Notes: generated by a model from the sequence alone, not told the origin. 64,000 nt of DNA from an uncultured Bacteriovoracaceae bacterium (GCA_964407615.1 CAYOWH010000003.1:4278-68277), one strand, 5' to 3'. Shown: positions 35,948-46,537, counted from the stretch's first letter. Numbers and translations: made by a program.

Positions 35948-37261
35948 ATGTCAGATAAAATCATTGTTGTCGGTGCAGGATATGTGGGTCTGGTTGCAGG
36001 AGCTTGTTTTGCAAGCGCTGGTTTTCACGTAGGGATTGTGGAAACAAACCCCCAAAAACTTCAGCTGATCAAGGATTCGCAAGTACCTTTTTACGAGCCT
36101 GGTCTTAGCGAATTACTAAAAGAAGGCATATCTCAAAAAAGATTAAGTTTTTATTCAAATCAAAAAGATGCTCTCGATAAATTAAATGCTCAATTTATTT
36201 TTTGTGCTGTAGGAACACCCGAGAGCCCCGATGGAAGTGCTAATTTAAGCTACGTTGAAGACGCTTTGAAAGATTGTGCTTCTAACTCGAAAAACAAATG
36301 CTATTTTATTATTAAATCAACTGTTCCTGTTGGCACTTCACAAAAGCTTCAAAAAATGGCAGATTCACTTGCGCATGGAAAAATCTCTGTCCTGAATAAT
36401 CCAGAATTTTTGAAAGAAGGAACTGCCGTTGCTGATTTTTTAAGACCTGAAAGAGTTGTCCTGGGAGGCTCACCTGAAGCTGTTGAAAAAGTCGGAGCCA
36501 TATACGAAAGTTTTCTTCTCAATCAAAAACCTCTCATAAAAATAGATTCTGTTTCTGCTGAACTTGCAAAACTTGGTGCAAACTTGATGCTTGCATCTAG
36601 AGTTTCTGTCGTCAATCAAATCGCCCGACTTTCGACTGCCACAGGAGCGGACATTCGAAGTATCGAAAGAGTTCTTCAAAGTGATTCGCGAATCGGATCA
36701 AAATACCTTTATGCAGGACTTGGATTTGGAGGAAGTTGTTTTCCCAAAGATATCAAAAACTTTATTGATCTTTGCAAAAAACAAGGAGTGGATGCCTCTG
36801 TTGCTGAAGCCATTGATTCTTTCAATGACGATCAAAAATTAATTTTCGTAAATCAAATATTAAAAGACTTTCCCAAAGCCTCCAACACTCGCATTGCTTT
36901 GCTAGGTCTTGCCTTTAAACCCGAGACTGACGATGTTCGAGAAAGCCCTGCTCTTGCGATTGTGGAAAAGCTTTCTTCCCATGGTTATCACTTCAATGCT
37001 TATGATCCAAAAGCCATGAATACGTTTAAGGCAAGTCTCAAAAAAGAAGCAAATATTCGTTATTGCTCAAACAAAGAAGAAGCCCTCAAAGATGCAGATG
37101 CTCTGATTCTCGTTACAGAATGGCAAGAATTCCAGCGTATCAAAGCAGAAGATTTGAAAACTTGCTTCAAGGGCAAGCATGTCTTTGATGGAAAAAACAT
37201 CTACCCGTCTAAAGCCTTTAAAGAGGCGGGATTTATTTACTATGGAGTTGGAAGAAGTTAA
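35948..37261 (+). CDS. ugd: UDP-glucose 6-dehydrogenase
   Basis: It has VVGAGYVGL, the catalytic Cys context GFGGSCFPKD and GLAFKPETDDVRESPA. I chose the start at MSDKIIVVG (35948). Confidence 0.9.
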   Translation: MSDKIIVVGAGYVGLVAGACFASAGFHVGIVETNPQKLQLIKDSQVPFYEPGLSELLKEGISQKRLSFYSNQKDALDKLNAQFIFCAVGTPESPDGSANLSYVEDALKDCASNSKNKCYFIIKSTVPVGTSQKLQKMADSLAHGKISVLNNPEFLKEGTAVADFLRPERVVLGGSPEAVEKVGAIYESFLLNQKPLIKIDSVSAELAKLGANLMLASRVSVVNQIARLSTATGADIRSIERVLQSDSRIGSKYLYAGLGFGGSCFPKDIKNFIDLCKKQGVDASVAEAIDSFNDDQKLIFVNQILKDFPKASNTRIALLGLAFKPETDDVRESPALAIVEKLSSHGYHFNAYDPKAMNTFKASLKKEANIRYCSNKEEALKDADALILVTEWQEFQRIKAEDLKTCFKGKHVFDGKNIYPSKAFKEAGFIYYGVGRS

Positions 37262-37282
37262 TTCAATTTCAAGTTTTTAAAG

Positions 37283-38299
37283 CTAACAAACAAATTTTGA
37301 AAAACTACCAATGCCCAAAGGTTTAGGGAGTAATTCCTCTTTTCCTTTTGTCACAGCATCTACAACAAGCTTTAATTTTTCAGCGCTTTCTAAACCCACA
37401 GCTTGTTGAGCTTCTTTTGTAGAAGCAGCCACGTGAGGTGTCGAAATAAAGCGCGGATTTCGTATCAAAGCACTCGTCACGGGATCTTTCACATCAAAAG
37501 GCTCTTTTTCAAAAACATCCAAAGCCGCCCCTGAGAGGTGATCAGTCTCTAAAACTTTTAAAAGATCTTTTTCAACCACAATGCCACCTCTTGCGGCATT
37601 CACTAAATATGAGCCTTTTTTCATTTTTAGTAAATTTTCTAGATTGAAGAAATTTTTAGTCTCTGGACTCAAAGGAGTATGAATCGAAATCACGTCCGAT
37701 TGAGTCAGAAGTTGCTCTATAGATAAAAGCTCTGTACCCTCAACAGGACTTGTTTTGAGGTAAGGATCATAAATCCCAACTTTCATTCCAAGACCCATCG
37801 CAATTTTAGCGACTCTTGATCCAATGTTTCCGGCTCCAAACAAACCCAAGCGAGCACCGGCTATTTGTCGCCCTAAAGAAGAGATTTCTTTTTTTCCCCA
37901 CTTTCCTTCTAAACTCATAGAGTGAGCCAAAGGAATCGCTCTAAAAAGACTTACGATCAGACCAATTGCATGTTCAGCGGTTGCTAAAAAATTACCTGTA
38001 GGTGCATTCCAAACGTAAACACCACATTTTTTTGCACTTTCTAAATCAACATTATCAATGCCCACACCTGCACGGACAACACCTTTTAAGCGAGGCAAGA
38101 GTTCAAACTCTTTAGCTCCCAACTTTGTTGCCGATCGAATAATTAAAAAATCAACATCACGAGCAATTTCTAACAGCTCTGATGCAGAAGTTTCTTTACG
38201 AACAAGCACTTCAAAGCGAGAATCGGCAGATAAAAATTCCTGAGCTTTCTTATCAAATCCATCGGTTGCTAGAACTTTAAACTTTTGGGACATGTTCAC
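37283..38299 (-). CDS. serA: D-3-phosphoglycerate dehydrogenase / D-isomer 2-hydroxyacid dehydrogenase (short form)
   Basis: It has an NAD motif (GLFGAGNIGSRVA), NAARGGIV and TPHVAAST. The start is GTG at 38299 or ATG at 38293. Confidence 0.8.
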   Translation of the reverse strand: MNMSQKFKVLATDGFDKKAQEFLSADSRFEVLVRKETSASELLEIARDVDFLIIRSATKLGAKEFELLPRLKGVVRAGVGIDNVDLESAKKCGVYVWNAPTGNFLATAEHAIGLIVSLFRAIPLAHSMSLEGKWGKKEISSLGRQIAGARLGLFGAGNIGSRVAKIAMGLGMKVGIYDPYLKTSPVEGTELLSIEQLLTQSDVISIHTPLSPETKNFFNLENLLKMKKGSYLVNAARGGIVVEKDLLKVLETDHLSGAALDVFEKEPFDVKDPVTSALIRNPRFISTPHVAASTKEAQQAVGLESAEKLKLVVDAVTKGKEELLPKPLGIGSFSKFVC

Positions 38300-39525
38300 T
38301 AGATCCTCATATCATCCGGAGTTTGGTCAGTGGAGTTTTCAAGAACCTCCCAAAATTTAGCCATACCTTGCATCAAGTTCACACTTTTTCCTTTGTCAGA
38401 AAATGCTTTTGAAAGAGCAATGATTTGACTCATAACATCCCAAGCATCCATATAGCCAATATGACCAAGGCGAACAATTTTTCCTTTTAGCTCGTCTTGC
38501 CCACCGCTAATAGTCAGCCCTAATTTCTTAAATGCTTTGGTATCGATGAGTCCCTCCGTCAAAACAGAAGTACAAGCTGCGGAAGCATCTTCATCTCTTT
38601 TCACAAGCAACTGCAAGCCCATAGCCTTACAAGCTTCGCGAGTCGCTTTCATAAGTCTCCAGCTTTTTTCATAGAGACGCTCATAACCCATCTCTTCAAA
38701 ATTATTAAGAACAGCCAACAAACCCGCAACAAGGGTCACAGGAGAAGTAAAAGGACCGGTATTCTCGAGAGCTGTTTTTTTTGTTTTTCTCCAATCATTA
38801 TAATAACGAGTATTTTTCACAGTCTCGCATTTAGCCCAAGCTTTTTTACTCGCAGCACCCAAGGATAAACCTGGTGGAAGCATCAAAGCTTTTTGAGAAC
38901 CAGAGACCAAAACATCAATTCCCCAAGCATCCATAGGCGTTCCAAAAACACCCACAGAAGTGACACCATCAACGCACAAAAGAACATGAGGCGCTTTTTC
39001 TTTAAGAAGCTTTCCAATCTGCTTTATCGGATGACGTGCTCCTGTAGAAGTTTCACTTGAATGTATAAATATTCCCTTGGTCTCAGCTGCTAACTGAGAC
39101 TGAAGAGCTGAAAGATCAAGAGCTCGACCTCTTTCCACAAAGATTTCTTTCGCATTCAAACCATAAACCTTGGCCTGCTGTAACCAACGCTCACCAAACT
39201 TACCACCATTGACACAAATAACTTCTTCGCCTGGATTAAAAAAGTTTTGAACAGCTCCTTCCATGGCAAGCGTCCCAGTTCCAGAAAAAATCAAAACCTC
39301 TTCTGTTGTGCCAAAAAGTTTTTTTAATTTTTCTCGGCATTGCTGCATAATAGAAGCAAATTCTGTTCCCCGATGATAAAGAACTCCCGATGACATTGCA
39401 CTCAGAACATAATCCGGAACTGGAGTTGGCCCCGCAGTGAGCATCCTATTTTTAAAAAAAACTCCTTTTAGTGGAGAATTATCAGTTTTATCTTTTTTTA
39501 AATCTTTTACTTCTTGAGATTCCAT
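38299..39525 (-). CDS. Class V PLP aminotransferase (serine-pyruvate/phosphoserine aminotransferase type)
   Basis: It has LTAGPTPVP and the PLP-lysine context [14 protein letters not shown]. Adjacency to serA suggests a role in serine biosynthesis. The start could be the internal MLTAGP at 39444. Confidence 0.75.
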   Translation of the reverse strand: MESQEVKDLKKDKTDNSPLKGVFFKNRMLTAGPTPVPDYVLSAMSSGVLYHRGTEFASIMQQCREKLKKLFGTTEEVLIFSGTGTLAMEGAVQNFFNPGEEVICVNGGKFGERWLQQAKVYGLNAKEIFVERGRALDLSALQSQLAAETKGIFIHSSETSTGARHPIKQIGKLLKEKAPHVLLCVDGVTSVGVFGTPMDAWGIDVLVSGSQKALMLPPGLSLGAASKKAWAKCETVKNTRYYNDWRKTKKTALENTGPFTSPVTLVAGLLAVLNNFEEMGYERLYEKSWRLMKATREACKAMGLQLLVKRDEDASAACTSVLTEGLIDTKAFKKLGLTISGGQDELKGKIVRLGHIGYMDAWDVMSQIIALSKAFSDKGKSVNLMQGMAKFWEVLENSTDQTPDDMRI

Positions 39526-41531
39526 TTCAAATCAACCTCTTTCAATTTAACAAGTTTGTCTCTTAGCTCAGCTGCAAGTTCAAAATTTAGTTTACGTGCA
39601 GCTTCTTTCATTTCAAGGTCAATTCTTTGGATTTCATCTTGAACCTTCTCTGGAGCAACATGAAGCTCTTCAAGCTCCCTTGAAATACCTCCAAGTTCTA
39701 GATAATCATGCTCATCAAGTCGATCTGTAACTTGGTTGTTTCCAATATTTTTTCGAATTGTTCGCGGCTTGATTCCATGAAGTTGATTATATTCTTCTTG
39801 TATCTTTCGGCGGCGTGTACACTCATCAATCGTTGCTTTAAGACTTTTGGTAATTCTATCTGCAAAAAACACCACATGGCCATTGAGGTTACGAGCTGCC
39901 CGGCCACAGGTTTGAATAAGAGACGTCTTTGAGCGGAGAAATCCCTCTTTATCCGCGTCTAAAATAGCCACCAAAGATACCTCTGGTAAGTCCAAACCTT
40001 CCCTTAGCAAGTTTATACCGACCAAGACATCAAACTTGCCTTCTCTTAAATCTTTTAAAATCTCAATTCGCTCCAAGGTCTCTACATCTGAATGCAAGTA
40101 GCGAACACGTATAGAATTTTTTCTTAGATAATCCGTTAAATCTTCCGCCATTCTTTTAGTAAGAGTCGTGACAAGAATTCTCTCATCTTTTTCAATCCGA
40201 CTTTTAGCGAGATCAAAAAGATCTTGTACCTGATTTTTGACGGGTCGAATCTCCATAGTAGGATCCAATAAACCCGTGGGACGTATGATTTGCTCTGTAA
40301 TTTTACCTTTCGATTTTTCTAATTCATAATCCGAAGGAGTCGCACTTACATAGACTGCCTGATGAATTTTAGCTTCAAACTCTTCAAACTTAAGAGGGCG
40401 ATTATCAAGAGCGCTCGGCAAACGGAAACCGTGCTCTACCAAAACCGACTTTCGAGCCAAATCGCCTCGATACATACCCCCTACTTGAGGTACTGTGACA
40501 TGACTTTCATCTGCTACAAGTAAAAAATCATCTGGAAAATAATCATAGAGCGTTGGAGGAGCCTCTCCTGAACGACGACCTGTGAGGTGTCTTGAATAAT
40601 TTTCGATTCCCGGACAATAACCCACCTCCTGAATCATCTCGATATCAAAAAGCGTTCGACTTTCTAAACGTTTAGCTTCCGCAGTTTTTCCTTCAGACTT
40701 CAAAACCGTTAAACGCTCTCGAAGTTCATCTAAAATCGAACTAATTGCTGTTTTTTTTAGATCAGGACTTGTAACGTAGTGAGAAGCTGGAAAAATCGCT
40801 ACTCTTTTTAACTGCGCAGATTTTTTTCCACGAAGAGGATCAAGCTCATAAATACTTTCAATCGAAGAACCAAACATTTCAATTCGAATGGCTTTCATGG
40901 TTTCGTACGAAGGCAAAATATCGATCGTATCCCCTCTTACTCGAAAGGTCCCCCTGGCAAAATCAACATCATTTCGAATGTATTGGATACTTACAAGTTT
41001 TCTTAAAAGATCATCCCTGCGAATTTTTTCCCCTTCTTCAAAAATGCACATCTGAGAAAAATATTCCTCAGGAGATCCTAAACCATAGATACAAGAAACA
41101 CTCGAAACGATCAGCACGTCTTTTCTTTCAAAAAGAGAGCGGGTTGCCGAATGTCGAAGCTTATCTATCTCATCATTGATCGCAGAATCTTTTTCAATAA
41201 ATGTGTCTGTTGAAACAACGTATGCCTCGGGCTGATAATAATCGTAGTAACTCACAAAATATTCAACCGCATTTTTAGGAAAAAGCGATTTGAATTCACT
41301 ATACAATTGAGCAGCCAATGTTTTGTTGGGAGCCATCACCAAAGTAGGTTTGTTGACGTGTGCAATGACACTCGCCATAGTAAAAGTTTTTCCCGACCCT
41401 GTGACTCCCATTAAAACTTGATGTTTTTCTTTGCGTTGTAATCCTTCAACCAGCTCTGCTATGGCCGTAGGCTGATCTCCCGCCGGCTTGTAATCAGTGA
41501 CCAATTCAAAGCGACCTGTCAACTGAGCCAT
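39507..41531 (-). CDS. uvrB: Excinuclease ABC subunit B
   Basis: It has [12 protein letters not shown], Walker A ([10 protein letters not shown]), helicase motifs and a C-terminal UVR domain (AAELRDKL). I chose the start at MAQLTG (41531), although the ORF is open to 41576. Confidence 0.92.
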   Translation of the reverse strand: MAQLTGRFELVTDYKPAGDQPTAIAELVEGLQRKEKHQVLMGVTGSGKTFTMASVIAHVNKPTLVMAPNKTLAAQLYSEFKSLFPKNAVEYFVSYYDYYQPEAYVVSTDTFIEKDSAINDEIDKLRHSATRSLFERKDVLIVSSVSCIYGLGSPEEYFSQMCIFEEGEKIRRDDLLRKLVSIQYIRNDVDFARGTFRVRGDTIDILPSYETMKAIRIEMFGSSIESIYELDPLRGKKSAQLKRVAIFPASHYVTSPDLKKTAISSILDELRERLTVLKSEGKTAEAKRLESRTLFDIEMIQEVGYCPGIENYSRHLTGRRSGEAPPTLYDYFPDDFLLVADESHVTVPQVGGMYRGDLARKSVLVEHGFRLPSALDNRPLKFEEFEAKIHQAVYVSATPSDYELEKSKGKITEQIIRPTGLLDPTMEIRPVKNQVQDLFDLAKSRIEKDERILVTTLTKRMAEDLTDYLRKNSIRVRYLHSDVETLERIEILKDLREGKFDVLVGINLLREGLDLPEVSLVAILDADKEGFLRSKTSLIQTCGRAARNLNGHVVFFADRITKSLKATIDECTRRRKIQEEYNQLHGIKPRTIRKNIGNNQVTDRLDEHDYLELGGISRELEELHVAPEKVQDEIQRIDLEMKEAARKLNFELAAELRDKLVKLKEVDLKWNLKK

Positions 41532-41586
41532 TTGTGTCTTGAGATTGTTCGTAAAGCTTTTTGACACAATTCTCATAGAATATACT

Positions 41587-41600
41587 TTCTTTGCAAAGAA
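41587..41600. promoter_or_regulatory. 14-bp perfect palindrome TTCTTTGCAAAGAA upstream of uvrB
   Basis: It is read directly from the sequence. It lies in the uvrB / T2SSE_N-gene divergent region, about 56 nt upstream of the proposed uvrB ATG. Confidence 0.35.
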
Positions 41601-41650
41601 TTCACGAAGTCTTTACTTAGGCTCTCCCTTTTGAAGCCGAAGAATTTATC

Positions 41651-41914
41651 ATGGCGAGTTCACTAGATTTCGAATACCACGTACAAGGCGTTATCCCCAT
41701 GAGCATTCTTCGCAAATATCGAATTGTTCCTATGGCTATACGTGAAAATAAACTTTGCATTATTGCTCGACGGCCCTTGAGCAACGACGCTCTCTTAGAA
41801 CTCAAAACGCTCACAGGATTTGAGGATTATGAACTTCAACTCGTAGGAGAAGACGTTCTTGAGGAATACATCGAACAGTTTATTGAGGGCAAACTCTTTA
41901 GCGGAACACCCTAA
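41651..41914 (+). CDS. Stand-alone T2SSE_N (GspE/PilB N-terminal, MshEN-like) domain protein
   Basis: ILRKYRIVPMAIRENKLCIIARRPLSNDALLELKTLTGFEDYELQLVGEDVLEEYIEQ fits the GspE_N repeat pattern. No ATPase domain follows. Confidence 0.5.
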   Translation: MASSLDFEYHVQGVIPMSILRKYRIVPMAIRENKLCIIARRPLSNDALLELKTLTGFEDYELQLVGEDVLEEYIEQFIEGKLFSGTP

Positions 41915-41923
41915 AAAGATTCC

Positions 41924-42856
41924 CTACTTCGACCAAACTCGAGCAACGGCATTGTGAGGATGCAAACTCTCTTGGTGCTCAACCTCAACTTTATAAGTCT
42001 GAATATCTTTTGAACTCTCTAACAAATCATGAATTCTTCGAGCAGCGTCCTCGCAAAACATTAAATTCTCAGCATTTAAACGCGCAAACTCTTGCTCATC
42101 ACTACGCTTTACGAAACTTTGAACAGGAGTTTTGAGTTTATCTTCAGTTTTTTCAATTAATTTTAAAAAAGCAGCTATTAAATCCCGGGGACTTTTTTTA
42201 AAAGTCACTTCCACCTTAGCAAAGCTTCTCTGACTATGAGGAGTTGCACAAACAGAGTCTTCCTTAGATATCCAATCAGCAATTTCAGAAAGCTCGACAG
42301 AGTTTCTTTTAGCAAAATCAGACAAAAACTTTTCTTGAATAAGCTGGCGAGAGAGAGCTGCGGAGCACGGACATGTACTCGAATAGACAATCTGATAGCT
42401 CAATCGCCAGTGAACCTTTCCCTTTTCATAGGTAAGAACACACTCGACAGGATAATTTCTCCACCCTGTCATATTTGAAGTCAAAGAAAGTCTCTGTAAA
42501 TCAATTTCAAAATTCAAACGAAGTTCTGAACTTTTTGAAATATCTTTGTGAGACTCCTGAAAAGACTTCACAACCTTTTCTAAGTCTTTTGCGGTGAGAT
42601 TTTTTTCAGCAAGATCCTGAATCCTACTAAAAAGGCGGGACATGTGAATCCCCTTAACCTCAGGGTCGTCCAAACTAATAAAAGCCGCTGCCTTGGCTGA
42701 GGATCGAACACTTTCCTTGTTGATTTTAAAACTTAAGGGAACTTCGATATTCGTCATCCCTACACGATCAATTTTAGATTTGAGGTGTCCTCTATTTTCA
42801 ATCGCAACATCAGGAAGCTTACGTTTTTTGGGACTCATGGACTTTTTATATAGCAC
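41924..42856 (-). CDS. folE2: GTP cyclohydrolase FolE2 (type IB)
   Basis: It has LPDVA...DRVGMTNIEVP, YSSTCPCSAALSRQLIQ and ATPHSQRS motifs. Confidence 0.8.
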   Translation of the reverse strand: MLYKKSMSPKKRKLPDVAIENRGHLKSKIDRVGMTNIEVPLSFKINKESVRSSAKAAAFISLDDPEVKGIHMSRLFSRIQDLAEKNLTAKDLEKVVKSFQESHKDISKSSELRLNFEIDLQRLSLTSNMTGWRNYPVECVLTYEKGKVHWRLSYQIVYSSTCPCSAALSRQLIQEKFLSDFAKRNSVELSEIADWISKEDSVCATPHSQRSFAKVEVTFKKSPRDLIAAFLKLIEKTEDKLKTPVQSFVKRSDEQEFARLNAENLMFCEDAARRIHDLLESSKDIQTYKVEVEHQESLHPHNAVARVWSK

Positions 42857-42924
42857 CCCCCGAGCTAAGTCGCAGAGCTTTTATCGAACACTAAAAAAGC
42901 TAGATTCAGAATAAAAAGTTAGTT

Positions 42925-43920
42925 ATGGTATTTGACATGATGCAGCGACCGCGAAGGAATCGTGCCTTCTCTTCTCTAAGATCTCTTGTTGCGGAAACCT
43001 CACTCCATCCACAAAACTTTATATGGCCAGTGTTTTTAGTCGAGGGCCTTCAAAAAAAAGAAGAAATTCCTTCTCTTCCAGGCGTTTATCGATGGAGTGT
43101 TGATCTCTTAGCGGGTCAACTCAAAGATGCTCTCCGCCTTGGTATCAAAGCTTTTGCTCTTTTTCCTAAGGTAAGTGAACACCTAAAAGATTCCACGGGA
43201 AGCATTTCCCTAGATGAAAAGTTTTTTCTATACAGCGCAATCAGAAGACTCCGCGAGGAAGTCCCCGAGGCACTACTGATAACGGATGTCGCTCTCGACC
43301 CCTATTCAAGTGATGGTCACGATGGAATTTATAAAAATGGAAAAATTCTCAACGACCAAAGTGTAGAGATTTTGGCTCAACAAGCAGTGATGCAAGCCCG
43401 TGCAGGTGCTCACATTGTAGCGCCCTCAGATATGATGGACGGAAGAGTATCTGCTCTTCGAAAAGCCCTTGATCAAGAAGGTTTTCAAGACGTAGGAATT
43501 CTTTCATATACAGCAAAATATGCCTCTGCTTTTTATGGACCATTTCGAGCAGCACTAGATTCTGCTCCCAGAAATGGGGACAAAAAAACATATCAAATGG
43601 ATCCGAGCAATGCTCGTGAAGCTTTACGTGAACTCTCTTTAGACCTGGCAGAAGGGGCAGACATGGTTATGGTAAAACCTGCAGGCTCCTATCTTGATAT
43701 CATTAGACTTTTCAAAGAAAATTCTTCTGTGCCCGTTGCGGCTTATCAGGTCAGCGGTGAATACGCGATGATCAAACTTGCGGGAGCTCAAAATTTACTC
43801 AATGAAAAAGAAGCGATGCTCGAAGCCCTGCTAGCCATCAAACGAGCAGGTGCTGATATTATTCTCAGCTATTACGCTCTAGAATTTGCTAAAGATTATT
43901 CAGCTAAATTTTCTAAATAA
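42925..43920 (+). CDS. hemB: Porphobilinogen synthase (delta-aminolevulinate dehydratase), Asp-rich (non-zinc) metal site
   Basis: It has RPRRNR, DVALDPYSSDGHDG (not the Cys-rich zinc motif), the active-site Lys in MVMVKPA, and SGEYAM. Confidence 0.92.
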   Translation: MVFDMMQRPRRNRAFSSLRSLVAETSLHPQNFIWPVFLVEGLQKKEEIPSLPGVYRWSVDLLAGQLKDALRLGIKAFALFPKVSEHLKDSTGSISLDEKFFLYSAIRRLREEVPEALLITDVALDPYSSDGHDGIYKNGKILNDQSVEILAQQAVMQARAGAHIVAPSDMMDGRVSALRKALDQEGFQDVGILSYTAKYASAFYGPFRAALDSAPRNGDKKTYQMDPSNAREALRELSLDLAEGADMVMVKPAGSYLDIIRLFKENSSVPVAAYQVSGEYAMIKLAGAQNLLNEKEAMLEALLAIKRAGADIILSYYALEFAKDYSAKFSK

Positions 43921-45083
43921 TTTTTCTGATCTCTTAGACTTGCTGTTTTTTCTCTTATCCATCGAAACGTTTGAAGACCTTCAAACGTTTGGTGAATTTG
44001 CCTAAGATAATGCTTAGAACTTGCTTTTTGCTTAAAAATTCCTTCAAAAGATTTCTTTAATTCTTTCAGATTAAAATGTTCATCGGCAGGAATACGTAAA
44101 AAAAACTCCTCAATATTTTTATGATCAGAAAGTTCCTTGAGTTGAACTAAAACTGTTTTTAGTTTTTCAAAAGCTTCATGTGGATATCTTTCAAATTGCT
44201 CTCCCTTTTCCAAGCGTTCCAAAGCACGACCCGTACCGAAAGGTACCCTTGTTGAGTGGCGACCAACAATTTCAAGATTTATTTCAAGATCAAGATTTTG
44301 TGAAAGCTCATTTATTTGCAAAACTTTTCCCTGGCTTTGTATCTTACTTAAAAAATAAAAATCCTCTCCTGCTTGAACATTTGGAAATCCTCTTATCTTT
44401 TCATAGGCTTTTAGGTCGAAAACAAGAGTACTGCCCAAAGCCCAAAAAGCATAGGGAGAAGCAGCGAACTTTAAACCCTCAACATAAGATTTCAGAAAAC
44501 TTTCGTAGCTCTGTAGACCCGCGTATTCAATTTCATTCAAAAATCCTCTTGTATGACTAAACGGATAAGTGCCCGCAGCTACGCCTTTTTCCAACTGAGC
44601 ATAAAAATAATCATTTGGTAATCGAACATCTGCATCACTTTGTCGATGAAGAGGCGACGAGATCTTTGTTAAGTTATGAAAAAACAAAGCAAGATCTCCC
44701 AAGACTCGTCGAGCTCGTCCCACACCTTCTTTACTTTTCAAATGCAGATTTTTAAGAGTTCCGTTGATGATAACAATAAAATGATTTTTTTCTCTGACAA
44801 GTTTAAGCATCTCATCTTTTTGAAAAGAAAAATAATCGAGTACTCTTTTATTTGAGCTTCTAAGTTGAATAGACGCATTTTCTTTTTCGTTAATAAATAA
44901 AAAAACTAGCTGAGAATGAGAGGTGCGGTGGAGAACGCTGATAAGTCTTTCGTAAAACGGCTTTATTTGTTCGTCTTCTGCCAGCAATGGAATCCCCATG
45001 GACTCTTCAAAAGATTGGCCATGCAAGGTATCCTTTAAATTATCAGCAACTACTAACGAAATAAAATCAAAGGGATATTGCAC
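43896..45083 (-). CDS. Hypothetical protein, possibly GT-A fold glycosyltransferase-like
   Basis: The only support is a weak motif (GFPNVQAGEDFYFLSKI) reminiscent of family-2-like glycosyltransferases. Its 3' end overlaps hemB convergently by 25 nt. Confidence 0.35.
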   Translation of the reverse strand: MQYPFDFISLVVADNLKDTLHGQSFEESMGIPLLAEDEQIKPFYERLISVLHRTSHSQLVFLFINEKENASIQLRSSNKRVLDYFSFQKDEMLKLVREKNHFIVIINGTLKNLHLKSKEGVGRARRVLGDLALFFHNLTKISSPLHRQSDADVRLPNDYFYAQLEKGVAAGTYPFSHTRGFLNEIEYAGLQSYESFLKSYVEGLKFAASPYAFWALGSTLVFDLKAYEKIRGFPNVQAGEDFYFLSKIQSQGKVLQINELSQNLDLEINLEIVGRHSTRVPFGTGRALERLEKGEQFERYPHEAFEKLKTVLVQLKELSDHKNIEEFFLRIPADEHFNLKELKKSFEGIFKQKASSKHYLRQIHQTFEGLQTFRWIREKTASLRDQKNYLENLAE

Positions 45084-45118
45084 TTCTTTCTTTTGGCAGT
45101 TTGAATAAAAGAGTCAAG

Positions 45119-45646
45119 ATGAAACAATCCTTAAGACTATTAAATTTTAAGAATACAGACCCAAAATACATTGACGTATTTATTGAAAAAAAACTTCTCT
45201 CAGAAACCGAGCAGAAAACACTATTTTCCTACGTTTTTTTTTCTGAAGAAAATAATTCAAATCTTTTTTTACCAAAAAAAATCAACCCATTAGTTAAAGG
45301 AACTCATTTGTGGAAAAACACATGTTTTGAATGTTTCTTTTTTGACGAAAATTCCGATGAGTATTTTGAACTCAACGTTTCACCTAAAGGAGAATATGAT
45401 TTATTAAGTTTTGAGAAATACAGGCTTAAAAGTTCCAAAGTAGCTCCCATCCAAGTATCCAATTTTCAAGTTGAGAGAGTTCAAAATCTTGTCACTCTTT
45501 CATTTGAGCTTAAAACTCATTTTAAAAGTTCTTATTTTATTTCACCAACTGTCATTTTAGACACACCTCGCGAACAATGCTTTTTTGCCTTAAGTCACGA
45601 ACTCCTAAAGCCTGACTTTCACAAAAAAATCATGAAATTTAAATGA
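45119..45646 (+). CDS. Hypothetical protein (possible CBM9/DOMON-like fold)
   Basis: The ORF has an ATG at 45119 (TTG at 45101 is also possible). The CFECFFFDENSDEYFELNVSPKGEYDLLSFEKYR pattern is only suggestive. Confidence 0.35.
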   Translation: MKQSLRLLNFKNTDPKYIDVFIEKKLLSETEQKTLFSYVFFSEENNSNLFLPKKINPLVKGTHLWKNTCFECFFFDENSDEYFELNVSPKGEYDLLSFEKYRLKSSKVAPIQVSNFQVERVQNLVTLSFELKTHFKSSYFISPTVILDTPREQCFFALSHELLKPDFHKKIMKFK

Positions 45647-45686
45647 TTTTCATAAAAGAAATGCTCTTACTATCCGATAAAAAGAT

Positions 45687-46469
45687 GTGTCACTACTGAG
45701 CAGCCCCATAAGACAAAAAGAAGCTGAATCAATCGGCGAAGCAAACATTGCAAATTTTATTGAATTTCAAAATAAAATATTTTCAATTCAAAAAAAACTT
45801 CCTCTCTACTACAAATTTAAGATAGTTTTTGAAACATTGCTTGCCCTAGGATTATTGGTGGCGCTTAGTCCGATAATTGGCTTGATTGCTGCTCTTATAA
45901 AAACACTCAAGGGCGGAACCGTTTTTCATAGCCAACGTAGAGTTGGTAAAAACGGAAGTATTTTTTATGTTTATAAATTCAGAACATTAAAAATGAACTC
46001 TCCTAAAGTAATAGAAATGGGTTTCAGTCCGCTTACAAAACTCAAAGAAGACCCTCGAGTAGAGGGAACTTTGGGCAAATGTCTTCGCAAATGGAAGCTT
46101 GATGAAATTCCTCAGCTTATAAATGTTGTTAAAGGAGACATGCTTCTTTTAGGACCAAGGCCCTATATCATCGAAGAAAACCTACATATGACAGAATCTC
46201 ATTTGGAAAGATTTGCTGTGAGGCCTGGCATGTCTGGTTATTGGCAGGCCCTTAAAACAAACCTAAACGATCCTGATGAAAAAGCAACTTTAGATTGTCT
46301 TTACGTTCGTGAAATGTCTTTTCTTCTTGATTTGAAGATATGGATCAATACCTTCAAAGTCGTTTTCTTGGGAGAAAATTTTACAAAAAAAACATTGATT
46401 GAATCCGAACCGTCCCAAGAATCACAAGCAATAGAGAAGCCAAAAAATCTTCGAAACCGAGCCTCTTAA
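45687..46469 (+). CDS. Small monotopic phosphoglycosyl transferase (bacterial sugar transferase, PglC/WbaP C-terminal type)
   Basis: It uses a GTG start. It has a single hydrophobic helix and then the DEIPQLINVVKGDMLLLGPRP signature. Confidence 0.82.
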   Translation: MSLLSSPIRQKEAESIGEANIANFIEFQNKIFSIQKKLPLYYKFKIVFETLLALGLLVALSPIIGLIAALIKTLKGGTVFHSQRRVGKNGSIFYVYKFRTLKMNSPKVIEMGFSPLTKLKEDPRVEGTLGKCLRKWKLDEIPQLINVVKGDMLLLGPRPYIIEENLHMTESHLERFAVRPGMSGYWQALKTNLNDPDEKATLDCLYVREMSFLLDLKIWINTFKVVFLGENFTKKTLIESEPSQESQAIEKPKNLRNRAS

Positions 46470-46496
46470 CACAAAATTAACACAAAATTAACAAAG
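46467..46496 (+). repeat. 11-bp tandem direct repeat (TAACACAAAAT x2 plus partial TAACAAAG) in the flp upstream region
   Basis: It is read directly from the sequence. The first unit starts at the stop codon of the sugar transferase gene. The repeat lies about 40 nt upstream of the flp1 ATG. Confidence 0.85.
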
Positions 46497-46537
46497 CTTT
46501 TTAGGATGTCTCCCGAAAAGTAATGAGGGAGAAAAAT

